Shown here piece by piece: positions 1 to 13,255 of a DNA stretch of 64,000 nucleotides. A program made the position numbers and the translations under genes. The notes under the pieces were generated by a model. The model made no database searches and was not told where the DNA came from. It saw only the letters and a program-made list of their open reading frames with translations. Within the stretch, counting starts at the first letter, position 1, and the number at the start of each line of letters is the position of its first letter. Source of the stretch: the human T2T-CHM13v2.0 reference genome, Homo sapiens; the NCBI RefSeq assembly GCF_009914755.1, contig NC_060940.1. One strand, given 5' to 3'.

Positions 1-1409
1 GGTGACAAATAATGAATTTATTTTTCTTGTTTTCTTCTTTATTTTTACTTAAACATGTGCATTTGCTGTTGCTGATCTACTGGTAAGTTTTATGGTGTTG
101 CCACTCATTTAAGAAAAGGCTGCCTAATATTTTGTCAGTGGCAGGGCTTACCAGTCAGCACATATGAATCTTGACTTTGATGGTCAGTTAAGGTCCACTT
201 AGCATAACTCCCTGTCTATGATAATCTCTGGAGGAACTCTTTAATTTAAGACTTCATAGAGACAATAGGATTAACTGAAAATGATTGAATTGCACTCTGG
301 AATGAGGATCAGACATAATTTAATATACTTAACTGAGGCATAATTCCATACAACACTCTATAGAAGGCATCCTGAGGGTTTCTAATACTAATTTCTAACT
401 CCTCTTCACCAGAGAATTCATTCAACAGTTGTCTGGAAATTGATCTTCTCAGCTTGCCCATCTACTGAAAATTCCCTTCTGTATGTTCCAGGTAGATTTC
501 AGCCCATGTTAGTTGGTGCTGCTAGGGTTGACTTTTTCAATCAACTCTTGTGTTTAAGCCCTGTGCAAGGCTCATTTAACATACCTTCTTGGCAATTATA
601 CTGCTAAGGAGTCTTGTTTCCATCCAGTATGCTTTGCAGATGACTGCCATCATCCAGTCATCTTAGGGAAAGTCTGTTCTCTCTTCTTTGAGTCTTGAGT
701 ATTTATTTTTCAAATACAGAAATGTGGATTCAGGACCCTGGGCTCTTCCAGAGGTGTTTCCAAAACTTTGACTTAAGCTAGAATTTTAAGATTGGGTCCA
801 AGCTGAAAATGAATCTTCCATTAGACACATATATAGACATGACACTTCATTTGACATTTAAATAACTCTTCCAACTGCCACCTCTCAAGATATTCTTGTT
901 TAAATGTTCCACAACCCATTGTTCTACAGGCCCTGTAAAAACTACCAAAAATGCTCATTAAAGAAGCAAATATTAACATAAAGATTCAAAAGCTGTTAAT
1001 GAGGCTTACTCTAGCAGTTTTTTTCCTCTTTTTAATAAATGTGTGTGCTTATATTAATTTTTCAGGCAAAGAGTACAGTTGGGTTTTCTGCTGAGAATAT
1101 TCTTAGCTTATGTGAGAATGTAACCATCATAATATGTCTCAATGTTCTGCAAAGACTGACGTGAGTTCTAGGTTTTCTATCTCTAGAACAGGTTTGAGAA
1201 TCATAGATTTACAGATTTATGTTCTATTTTATAAGACTAAGAATGACAAAATCTGAATTCTGCTCCTGGATATCCTGTTACTTATCATAAGATGTTATAT
1301 GAAACCTTTGTTCTCCCCTAACCTTAGTCTCCTAATTTATAGTTAGAAAGTGGAAATTGGAAGATTCCCTAAGGGATCATCTTAATTTTTCCAGCCATGG
1401 TTCTATAAT

Positions 1410-1580
1410 ATAAGCTGCTACTTCTATTCTCAGCACCACTCCTATTATTACTATTATTACTATTAATATTACCACTGCTGCTACCCTTATTGGTGTTACT
1501 ACTACTGATAATGCTGCTACTGGTACTACTTACTCTTGCTGCTATTACTACTTTTGCTACCACAAACATCATTATAACTA
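1410..1580. repeat. Degenerate (CTA/TAC/TAT)n trinucleotide low-complexity tract
   Basis: Runs such as ctactattattactatt, ctgctgctac and ctactactg; source of the Ser/Asn-rich and Leu-rich spurious ORFs. Confidence 0.8.
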
Positions 1581-1937
1581 TCTCAAATTTGCATAGGTTT
1601 CATTTACAAAGACTCATCCTATCTATTTTCTGGTTTAAAACTACAAATCAGATATGGCATGAGTCCTGGGGGAGGAGGTGACCAGTTTCATAGATAAAAG
1701 ACCATTTTCTTATCTGCAACATTTTTTTTCCTCAATCAGCCACCACCTCAATGAAACGTTCCTTTAACTGAGCCAACTTCTATATTCTTACAGCTTTATT
1801 AATCCTAACTAAAAATAAAGTTAATTTGATTCTGTTAGATTTATGTATGTCCAACAGTGAGAGAATTGATTCAGTCTCAATGACTACGGCTACTCCACAA
1901 AATATCACATTATTTTTACATTTTATTGTTGTCTTAC

Positions 1938-2300
1938 TGATATGGTTTGGCTGTGTCCCCACTCAAATCTCATCTTTAATTGTAGCCCTCATAATTCCCT
2001 TGTGTCATGGGAGGGACCCAGTGGGAGGTAATTGAATCATGAGGGCAGGTCTTTCCTGTGCTGTTCTCATGATAGTGAATAAGTCTCATGAGATCTGATG
2101 GTTTTATAAAGGGGAGTTCCCATGCACACGATCTCTTGTTTGCTACCATGTAAGACACGACTTTGCTCCTCCTTCACCTTCCGCCGTGATTGTGAGGCCT
2201 CGACAGTGATGTGTAACTGCGAGTCCATTAAACCTTTTTCTTAATAAATTATGCAGTCTTGGGTATGTCTTTATTAGCAGTGTGAGAACAGACTAACACA
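1938..2300 (+). mobile_element. THE1B-like solo LTR (ERVL-MaLR)
   Basis: Starts TGATATGGTTTGGCTGTGTCCCCAC and ends GAGAACAGACTAACACA; near 5-bp TSD cttac/cttaa. Confidence 0.92.
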
Positions 2301-3578
2301 CTTAACAAATGCAAATATTCTTACCTGGAAATTGTGATATTTGATTATCTTCTCTGAGGGACAGATAGAGTTGATGCTGTTTGCTCTCTTGATTATTAAT
2401 GACAACCTTCCCATGAGTCCCCCAGTTATCAGAGATGAATGACAAGTCTAGCAGCCAGTTTTCTGTGTTACTCTGTTTCCCCACAGTAGCTTATGCCCCA
2501 GTGTCATGAAGTAGTAAAATGACTCCCGTTTATGGTGAGACTCAAATTTATAGTAATCAAAAGTCTGCTGCATAAGAGGTATATTATTTAGGATCATATG
2601 ATAATTTATCACTCTAGTAGGTTTTTAAAAATTTTAGCCATAGTACTTCTGAAAACTATATAAAAGCATCCACAACAATAATTAAACATATCTTTGGTTT
2701 TGGCATGGGGATGCTTTGGCTCATAGAGTCTCAGGCCTATTTATCAGCTTCATGGATGCCAATTGACAACATGGAAGCAGTCCACGTAGTACCAGAACCC
2801 TGGCTCAAAGGAATGCGCTATTCTGAAGTCCAAAATCTTTTGTCCCAAATGCAAGATTTGCATAACATTTCTCTGATTTGGGCTGTCTTCCAATACATAG
2901 AAATTCCTATTTTGTGCCAAGAAGTTGGACGATTTCTGAGATGAGCAGAAAAGGCACAGCTTCCATTCATAATTTGGAGACCTTCGTCCTCAGTGATCTT
3001 ATTTTCCTATTGTGGAGTAATTAATCCACAGAGTCTTGTGACTCATAGTGCAAGCCCTGACCTGTTAGCACTGAAATACTTTCAGATAAATTCAGGCCTT
3101 CCTGATACCTTGACCCCAAGGACAATGCTTGATCCCTATTGTTCTGTGAGCTTCCAACTGGTTAGCATCCATTGAACAAATGACTATTTCCGTTGTATAA
3201 TTCCTACCTCTCAAACTGGGCAAAGGGAAACCAAACTATTCTAAGAGAAAAGTAATGATCACTGGTGGTCCTTTTACCAATCAGGAAATTGAAGAAATAA
3301 AACAGTTATACCAGATCCCACCCTGAATGTCAATGGGAGAAAGAAATACTGGTCCCCATACATTAGTCTGTGACCTTGCCTCAGACAGGTGAGAGCCCAA
3401 TGTAGTTTGTACTAATTTCACTAAATGCTCCCCCTTGATAAGTCTGCCTCCACAAACATCATCTATGCCACAGAATCACAGCAAGAAGTAAATAAGAATT
3501 TCCAGCTGCTGTGATGTCACATAGGAAATGCCGGAAAAGTAACCGATCCATTGCACAATCACCACAATTCAGGTCTGA

Positions 3579-4005
<427 letters not shown>

Positions 4006-4917
4006 TAATTTGTGCCCAAAGGAAGGTAGGGCAAGAAACCTTTGGTGATGGCCTGTGGTGGGTTGGAGAGGGGAGTAGAGAGTGAAAGACAGTAAAATGA
4101 AACCACCCAGCAGCTGTGACGGAGCTCCGATTCTGGCAGGCTGTGAAGAGTTTGACAGAGCTTTTCAGACATGAAACATTTGAACTTTACGTGAACACCC
4201 GGAGTTTTCTCTGTTCAATATGTCACAGGGAGAAATCTCAAGACACACTGTTTCTTTGCACGTTAGCTCAACACTACAATCACATAAGCTTGACGCAGTT
4301 CCATGGTGAACTCCAGGATCCCGCCTGTGAAGATGAGATCAAGACTCTGATAGGATTATGTGGTTAGACGTCCCCCAAGACAGTACAGTATGCTAACAGC
4401 AGATTTAGTTTTGGAGAAAGGAAATAGAGACTCCAAGCTCAGGGCTTCTGGTTCAGAGTTTTTCTGCTTGGTGCCCAACAAAAAAGTCTTGCTCTTTTTC
4501 AATAAGCTCTTCATCCTTCTCCAACTAGTGGGCACTGCGCTCCTGGCTCGTTTTTTTGTGCTTTCCTTATCGCATTTAATGATTGCAAGAATCACTTTCT
4601 CTCATATATTTCTCACCCTTTTTAAAAATATCAGGTAACAATATTGAGATTCTAGAGTTCCTAAAATCTTTAGACTCAAATTTGGAGATAACAGCGTACA
4701 AACTAGTACAAAAGCAGATATGCAAACAATAATTAGGTAAAAAGGGAACTGGCTACGAATTGCGCAGACAGAAACTGTGTGTGTGCTTTTCTACATGTGT
4801 GTAACTTACCTGATCATAGTCAAATCACAGTGTAAGCGTCAAAGTGACTACATCTAAAATACAATTTTTGAATCTCCCTCCCCAAATTCTTCAGCTAAGT
4901 AACACACATACTACAAG

Positions 4918-5210
4918 ATCTCACTTACACACAGAATCTAAAAATATAGACTTTATAGAAGCCGAGTAGAAGGGTGCTTACCAGGGGAGTGGGGAGATGT
5001 TGGATAAAGGGTACAGTGCTTCCATTAGTCAGTTAGATGGGAAGAAATGTTCTGGAGATCTCTCTTACATCATGGTGACTATAATTAAGAATAATATATT
5101 GTATACTTGAACATTGCTAAGAGAGTAGCTTTTAAATGTTCTCATCCCCAAAATGATAACCATGTGAGTCATAGATATGCTAATTAGTATGATTTAATGA
5201 TTCCACAGTG
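4918..5210 (+). mobile_element. Old L1 (L1MA/MB) 3' UTR fragment
   Basis: catggtgactataattaagaataatatattgtatacttgaacattgctaagagagtag...ttaaatgttctca matches the L1MA 3' end. Confidence 0.8.
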
Positions 5211-5690
5211 TGAGTCATTCTTGAGTCCTCTATTCCATCCTCTTGTGGGCCAGCCCTGTAAGCTCTGCTTCCCAAAATATATCCCATTTTTGTCTGTCCA
5301 TACCTTCTACCACCTTATTCCAAGCCATCACCATCTCACGTGGACTGCTACAATAGTTGCCTAACTAGTCTCCTGTCCATTCTTGCCTCCCTGCAGTCGA
5401 CTCTGCTAACAACTGGCTTCTCCGAGAACTTCCTTAATTCTACTCTAAACAGCGCCTAATCATGCTCTAATTCCCTGCCCTACTTGATTGGTTTTCTTTG
5501 CCCTCACTATCACCTGGTGCTATGCTACTCATTTGCTTACTTATTTATTATCCATCCACTAGAATGAAGGTCCCTTGAAGGCAAGATTTATCTTTCTTGT
5601 TCAAGATTGTATCCCTAGAGTTTGCAATTAGTAGTGGCACATAATAGGGAATGAGCAAGTATTTAACAAACAATAAATGAATGAATATAA
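5211..5690 (+). mobile_element. L2 3' fragment
   Basis: ccaagccatcaccatctcacgtggactgctacaatagttgcctaactagtctcc and the terminal ataaatgaatgaat. Confidence 0.75.
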
Positions 5691-7056
5691 GTATTTTTGT
5701 ATGGTGGCCACACAGATGATTTAAATATTTTATCACTATCCTTGCCTATTTTATGATACATTCGATATTTACATCTGCATTTTAGAAATGGTATTATTAA
5801 TTTTGATAATTAAAAATAAACTTGGCCGTAGCAGCCTTTTGCTGGTTGGAATGGGAGCTTTGCTCTTTAGCTGGCACAGATACATTTTATGAAGCCACAT
5901 GAGCTTCTTTTCAAGGCCACGTTATTTTGGGAAAACTGCAAGTCCATGTTGAAATCTGAATCTTTTCACATTTGAAAGGATAAAAATTATTGATAACTTA
6001 CTAGCTTGTAACTAATATTTCCACATTCTAAATATAACATTTACATGCTTTCCCCTTATTTGTGACTGGGAGATGAAGACAAAAACTTAACGAACTCGTT
6101 AGGAGACAAAGCTCTAAGATCATCTAATAGAAAAAGTCAACGTCTCTTCATCTCCCTGGCCTTAGTTTCCTCATGTGTATATTGGGGCCTCTGTAGCCCA
6201 TGCTTTCAGGAAATATCTGTTTATATACGTTATTTTCATATGAGGTTTTCTTTGAAGGAATGTTTACCTAATTCTCATCAATGTCTATTTCAGAACGGTT
6301 CATTTCTGCCCACAGCTCCTCAAACAAATAGATTGACAAAAAAATAAAAGAGATGCCAAAAACAAAATCAAACAGAAACCATTTCACTGATCAAGATGGT
6401 ACCTCAGGTTTCTCCTAGTCCACGTCTCTGCCTCTCAGGAAGTGCTGCATGAGGGCAAGGAACTGCAGGTTGTGAGGTTGCCAGAGACCTCTGTAGAGAG
6501 TAGACCGCATCCAAAGTTGGTGCTCACGGAAGTCTTGTTAAGGTAACATGGTTGTTCTGTGTCCTGAGCATCCCTTTCTCTGCCAGATGGATGGGCCTAT
6601 GCAACAGGAAAAATGAAGAGCTCAGAGAGGCTCATGAGAAATTTTTTAAATGGATGTCAAAACTGTTGGAATGGATGAGGTGGTACATGGAAATGAAGAG
6701 GTGAAGGACGGAATTGTAGAATACCGTACATGTAAAGGACGGTGGGAAAAGCTAGGGCTGGAAACAGAAGGAAAAGACTAAAGAGAATAAAATTTGAGTA
6801 TTTCCACTCTGCCATCCAGACCACTGTAATGTCCGCTTGGTTTTTCTTCACCTTTCTTGCGCCACATCCTCTTGGGTTCTCCCTATTTTTTTCTCTGTCA
6901 CTTTCTTCCCTTTCACTGATAGCAATGACTCATATTTTAACCTTGCTGTCCTTTGGCAAACACTGCTCATGAATCCTAGCATTATAGACAGAATCCCTTT
7001 TATAAGAACCATCATATGCTCTTATAACTTTCTCAGATGAAATACACCTCCTAAAT

Positions 7057-7250
7057 CAGTGTTTCTCCATGGGTAGGCTGCAGTCTACCTGGGAGAGCAT
7101 CACCTGGGATGTTTGTTAATATGCAGAGCTCTGGGCTCCACCTCAGATCTACTGAGTCAGAATTTCTTGGGCCAGTCCCTTCCCTATTTAAAAATGTTCC
7201 CCAGGTGATTCTCATGGCCCTTGTATATTGCTGCTTTCCAAGCCATGGGC
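7057..7250. mobile_element. MER5 (hAT-Charlie) non-autonomous DNA transposon
   Basis: cagtgtttctc...atcacctggg...cctcagatctactgagtcagaat...ccccaggtgattct. Confidence 0.75.
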
Positions 7251-9059
7251 ATCGTCCTAGGTAATGGGCATTGTTCAAGGTCTCCTTGAAGTTCTTGACT
7301 TGGAGATGGGGGAAGGAAGAGAGAAAACAACCATTTATCTGTGTGTGTGAGAATCACAGGTGATATAATTAGATAACAAATAAATTCATTGGAGACTTCA
7401 GATTCAGTTCATTAATTGCAAGATAATAATCACTACCATGTGTGAGCTTCTAAGACTGAGACTTAGATTACCTTTTCTTTGTTTTCTCAGCTTGTGGCAG
7501 AGTGCCTGGCACAGCAGGCAATCAACCAGACTGTGTCCAGTAGAGACAAAACCAAATTCTTGCTTTATCATCTCTTACAAATGTAATCTTGAATGCTATC
7601 AATGGTGAAAAAATAAAATAAGAGTCAATAAGACAATTCTTAATAGATACAAAAGACATCAAATTACCTGGAATTTCCTGATGATACTGATGTCAATGGC
7701 AATAATTTAATCTAACATTCATTAGATGCTAATAGCCAATTTCAAATTCGCTATTTTTTTTATTTGGTAACTATTCATTGAGTGCCTACTACATGCCAGG
7801 AAATGTTCTGGGCATTTGGGATAAATTTTTGGAGAAAGCAAATGTACCTTTGTAGATTTCTTATTCTATACAATGGTGGAGAAATAAAGCATAAAAATAA
7901 TAAGTGCATTGTGCAGTATGTTAGAATGTGATAAGATCTGTAGTAGAAAATTATTTACAATGAGCAAGGTGAAATGTGTCAAATTGCAGCAGGAGGTGGG
8001 CTGCAGTATTAAATAAGGAGGTGATTATCTTATTTTGTATTCACCAAATAATGTGGGCATCATCATTATTTTAGTTTTTAAGAGTAATGAACTGAATTTT
8101 ACACATATGTGGGTTACGCCATGATTACACTCCTTGTAAGAGTTGAAGCTGGATTCAAATCCAAGTAATCTGGCTCCAGAGAGTACACTTTTGAAAATTC
8201 CAATTTATATATTCTGTCCCATTGGCAAATGATGTATATACCATTTACATTTAGGAAAATATGGTAACTACAGCACCGGGTCAGCTGCAGTGGTCTTCTA
8301 AGGGCTCCAGGGCAGAAGTAAGCAATTCCAACTTTCATAATCCCAGGCTTAATTACCCAATGGGCAGCGGGAGCCCTCAGTCACCCACAGAGCTGGCTGT
8401 ACAAACAAGACTCATGATTCTAATAAAGAATCAATAATGGAAAGGCCATTGCATATTTTCTCACTTGCTGGATGGGGAGGGACTCACTGTGGTTATCACA
8501 CAAGAGTAAAAGAGAAGGGAACACAAAGAGGGTCACATGTTTATTTTTAGTTTCTATTAATAATTTTTGCTGAGCCATTGAGTTTGAGGAGACTTTTTAC
8601 AAACTTGCAGTATAATTATTTTCTAATTGCTAGAAATGTGTAGACATCTGAGTGCAATATTCTTGTATTTTTTAATTGTAAAATTATTGAACATTGCTTA
8701 ACACACTCTGACACCTTTGTTATTACCTGAGAGAAATAAAATGGTGTTTGGACCATGGGTAGTGTATGTGAAAGGAGACCTCAGAGATGGCCTTGCCCAA
8801 ATTCCTTATTTTAGAGAGAATGAAATTTAGAAGCTGTAAGAAGGAAAGTGTCTTACTTGAAACCCCTCAGAGTGTCAAAGAGGTATCATATTTTAAAATC
8901 ATAAATTATTAGCATTGGGAATCATCTATTTTTTTGCTGCCATTCTCTAGATAAGGAAAATTAATCCTAATACAAGTTGATTAGCTTTTTCATTGGAGTC
9001 TTCCGCTCTCTAACACATCCTCTTTACAAACCACTGATTTTCTTTAATGCAAATATACA

Positions 9060-9570
9060 GATTTTATTCACTTACAATACTTCAATGATTCTCTACCATC
9101 GTCAGAATAAAGCTGAATTTTGTTACTATGCACAAAAGGTTCTCCAGTATTTATCCTTTAACCGTGTTTGCAGGTGTATCTCTTAATGGTCTCCTATTGT
9201 ACTGATTCTACCACCATACACGCTGTACTCTGCTCAATGCTCTCTCCTCACTTAATCTTGGTATTCTCTATTTACAGGTTTTGTTTTAGGTAGCATATCA
9301 TCCAAGTTTCTCCTTCTGCCCACTCACTTTTCTGGATAAACTTTTTTTGTTTTTGTTTTTCTGAGCATGACTCTTTTAGTTATTATGTACCACTTAATAT
9401 TTTGTTTATATTTGTCTTTCTCATCACTGGGAGTCCATTTAGAGCAGGCATTGTGATTTTACCCACTGCTGTATCTCTACCCTTTGGTAGCACCATGCCT
9501 TGCACATGGATAGCCTGCTACAAATACTTATTGAAAAAAATAAATGAGTAAAATAGATGAGTAAATAAAT
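9060..9570 (+). mobile_element. L2 3' fragment
   Basis: agagcaggcattgtg...gctgtatctc...ccttgcacatggatag...aaatacttattgaa...taaatgagt. Confidence 0.6.
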
Positions 9571-10459
9571 AACTTGTGGATTGATAAAGTTTAAGGATTT
9601 CCAATAAGATTTTTAAAAATATGTTTCAAGAAGAAAACAAAAAAAGTAAAAACAAAATTTTGGCTTCTTATTGAGAAGTCTCAAGTAAAAAATATACATG
9701 TAGAATTTCATAATGTAGATTGAAATTATAGATGATAAATTTAAAAATATTTTATGAAGACATTTGTTGTTGTTATCTAAGCCTTAGTTTCTCCCTGTGT
9801 AAATCTTGGTGCAATAGCAGCCAACCATTCCATATAGTTGTGGAAAAAATTATTGAAATTAAGCAAATTAAATTCTGAATTCTTTATTCATTTCTTTAAG
9901 AGGGTAATTGAACTTATACTAAATTTGGCAATATGCTCCAGGGAGGGATAAACAAATGAATCAGATAAAAGGATTTTATATTCCAGGAAGAGAGATAAGA
10001 AGCACCATGAATTAGTTTATATCCACAATTACTATACCTGATGTCCAAATTGACATGCAAAGGGCCAGGGGAGTTCAGAAGAGGTAAAAGAGTATTTATA
10101 TTTGGGTATGCTGGAAAAACTTTATGAAAAGGGATCATTTGAGTGAAAACTTGCAGAATTTTGACAGGAATTTTAGAGATATGTTAATAGTAGAAATCCT
10201 CAAAGCTATCTTGGATTTTTCTTGAAATAATAATACCATGAACTTTTCTTGGGGCTAGTCTTACTACTTTGCCATTGAAATATTTGGACTTCATGATCTC
10301 GGGAGTAATAACATTAGTATTATGTAACCTAGGTTGTTAGTCTCCCAGTGATTGTTTTAGAATAAAGGAGGTCACCAAGTGCTAGCAAGGTAAATATGAT
10401 TTATGTGGCAAAACCCAGAGAGAAATTACAGTTAATAAAATCATTGAATATAGACTTTA

Positions 10460-10800
10460 TTTATTCAATAGATATTTACTAAGGTCCTACTATGGGGTAG
10501 GGTTATGTTATTTGCCAAAGACAGAGAGATAAAAGTGCATCACCTATGTTCTCAAGAACCTGAAGTCTAATGAGGAGTCAGTCATGAAAACAAACAATAA
10601 TAAGACCATAGCATAATTATTTTTCTAAGAATATGCATGACTGTGAGCATCACAGGGGGCTCCCCAGAGAAGGCATTAGTTGAGCTGATGCTTGAAAGAT
10701 GGGTCGGAGTTTGCCAGATATTCTGAAGCAGAAGTAGTCAGAGACAACATATGTTAATAGGCACAGGAACGAGGAGAACATAGCTTGTTGTTGGACTGAG
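10460..10800 (-). mobile_element. L2 3' fragment (continues at about 12880-13650 after the L1M insertion)
   Basis: ttattcaatagatatttactaaggtcctactatg...ttgagctgatgcttgaaagatgggtcggagtttgccag. Confidence 0.65.
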
Positions 10801-10809
10801 TATTTTTTT

Positions 10810-12785
10810 TAAGTTTCAAATGATCTCTTTTGTTTGCTTATTGGCAACACCACTTTTTCTTTTCCTTTTATAGTGATTGTTTTAGTATTTATGGTAGTAT
10901 TTTACCTTACAAAAGTATTCTTCCCTTTACCCTTTCTTGCCTTTGTGTCATTGTCATATATTCTACTTCTATATATTTATAAACCATGTAATAATTTCTT
11001 TTAGTTTTGCTTTCAAAGGTCAAGTGTCTTAAAAATGGATTTCTAAAAATTAAAAAAAAAACTTTTATTATATACTTATTTGTTAGCCATTACTGGGCTC
11101 TTTCATTCCTTGTGTAGATTCCCATTTCCGTCTGGTTTCATATTGCTTCTGTTTGAAACAATTACTTTAACATTTCATGTAGAACAGATCCATTGTTGAT
11201 GGGTTATTTCAGATTTGGTGTATCTAAAAGAGTCTTTGTTTTTTTTTTGTTCTTCATTTTTCAAAGGTACATTCACTGGGTGTAACATTCTTGGTTGTCA
11301 CTCCCTCATATTCACTACCACAAGTAATTTGGCAATGTTGTGCCACTGTCTTCTAGCTTGCACTAAAAGATAAAGTTGAGAAAAAAGTTGAATTTAGTTC
11401 ACTATGCACAAAAGCTTCTCCAGTATTTATCCTTTACCCATGTTCCTGATCTTTGCCTTATTCTTATCTTTGTTCCTCTGGATGTACACTGTTTTCTATT
11501 GCTCTCTGGATGTTTTAAGATTTTTTTTTATTTTTAAGCAATTTGATTGCATTAGTGTAATGTTCTTCATTAGTGTAATGATGTGCAGTAGTATAATGTT
11601 CTTCATAATTATTATTCATTATTTGTTGAGCTTCTTAAATATGTAGTTGGATAATATTTACCAAATTTGAAAAAATATATATATTTAGCTATTATTTCTT
11701 CAAATAGGACCCTTCCCGCTTTTCAGGGACTCCAATTACTTGTATATTATACAACTTAATGCTTTCCCACAGATCTCTTTTTGTTGGTGGTGGTGTTTCA
11801 GTGTTATTTTCCCCTTTGCATTCTATTTTGGATAGTATTTATTGCTATCTTCAATTTTACTGGTCTCTTCTTCAGTATCTAATCTGCTGTTAATCCTACT
11901 TGGCATATTTTTAATCTTAAATACTATTTTTTTCCCAGTAGATGCTCAATTTGGGTCTTCTATCTTCCACATATTTTCTTAATATGTTCATACTTTACTT
12001 CTTGAGCATATAAAATATTTCAATTCTTTTCATGTATGATAATTTTTTATTGGAAAAAAAGGATATTGTAAAATTCACCTTGTTAAGTTGGATATTTTTG
12101 TATTCCCTAAAATATACCAAAGCTTTTTTTCCAGGATGCAGATAATTTAGTTGAAAACAGTTTCATCCTTTCTCAACTTTTTTTTTTTTTCATTGTTTCT
12201 CAGCTTTCTGTGGCAAGTTTGAAGCAGCCTTTAGGCTAGGGCTAATTTTACCAAACTATTGAGGCAATATTCTTTCTGTGTTATCTGACGCACTATGTAT
12301 TCTCAAAGGTTTATTTATTTATGTACTAATTTATTTTCACTCTTGTTCATGGAAGCACAAACTGTTTCCAGCCCTGTGTGAGCACCAGGGATTGTTTGAA
12401 TTATTCCTTCAGGTGGTTCTTTCCCCAGGTTCTTTACATGTATGTATTGATCAGTACTCAGATGGCGACCTTCTGCATGTCTCCGCAGCTCTCTTTTTGT
12501 ACAGATCTCTCCTCATTCTATGTCCATCTTCTTTCTCATCGCTGTGAATTCTAATCATCTTTTCCCCCTACACTAAACTCTCAACTCCATCTTCTCCATT
12601 TAGGGAGGTCAAGAGTCCATTTGGGCTCCCACTCTCTTCACTGTGTCCTGGAAACCCCCCAGGCAGTTAGTTCCAAGTAATTGTAGGGCTTGCCTCATTT
12701 GCTTTACTTTTTTCATAAATAACTTATTTGAGCTGTCTTTGTCCAATGTCTGAAAACCATTGTTTAATATATTTTGTCTTGTTGT
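10810..12785 (-). mobile_element. Old L1 (L1MC/MD) fragment
   Basis: T-rich antisense L1M text: ctctttcattccttgtgtagattcccatttccgtctgg, ttcagggactccaattac, gtccaatgtctgaaaaccattgtt. Confidence 0.75.
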
Positions 12786-13098
12786 TTAACTAACAGTATG
12801 CTGGAAGCACAAGTTATCTTTGATGTGTTACTGGAATTCATGTAGATCAGGATTCCTTACTAGAAAAATTAAAAGAGTAGAGAAACAAAAGTTAAGTACG
12901 GATGGCTGAACAGAAGTCATATAGCAAGCACCTTTTTATCACAATGATAACTAGGAAGTTTTCATGAGTTGTGCATAGATTTGTAATTAAGAAACATTGC
13001 CTAGTGATATAGTCAAGCCTAGATTGAGCATGGTGAAGACAGAGATAGAAACCAACAAGAGGATCTGGCAATAGGCCAGATAAGACACTATGAGAATA

Positions 13099-13255
13099 CA
13101 GGTTGAAAATCCCAAATTTGAAAATCTGAAATCCAAAATGCTCCCAAATCCAAAACTTTATGAGCACCAACATGATATATAATGCAAATACTTCAATATC
13201 CAAAATCTCAAACACTTCTGGACCCAAGCATTTCAGATACAAGATACTCATCCTG
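13099..13255. mobile_element. Tigger4a-like (TcMar-Tigger) MITE, internally shortened
   Basis: TA TSDs and TIRs caggttgaaaatccc...gatactcatcctg; internal aaatctgaaatccaaaatgctcc. Confidence 0.85.

Noticed and set aside
633-644. tttgcagatgac (FADD, RT-like motif)
   Set aside because: Flanking codons show no RT similarity that I can recognise.
1588-2870. Three octamer motifs including ATTTGCATAACATTT (2856-2870, OCT-SOX-like)
   Set aside because: The SOX half is imperfect and octamers are frequent in AT-rich DNA; there is no other support.
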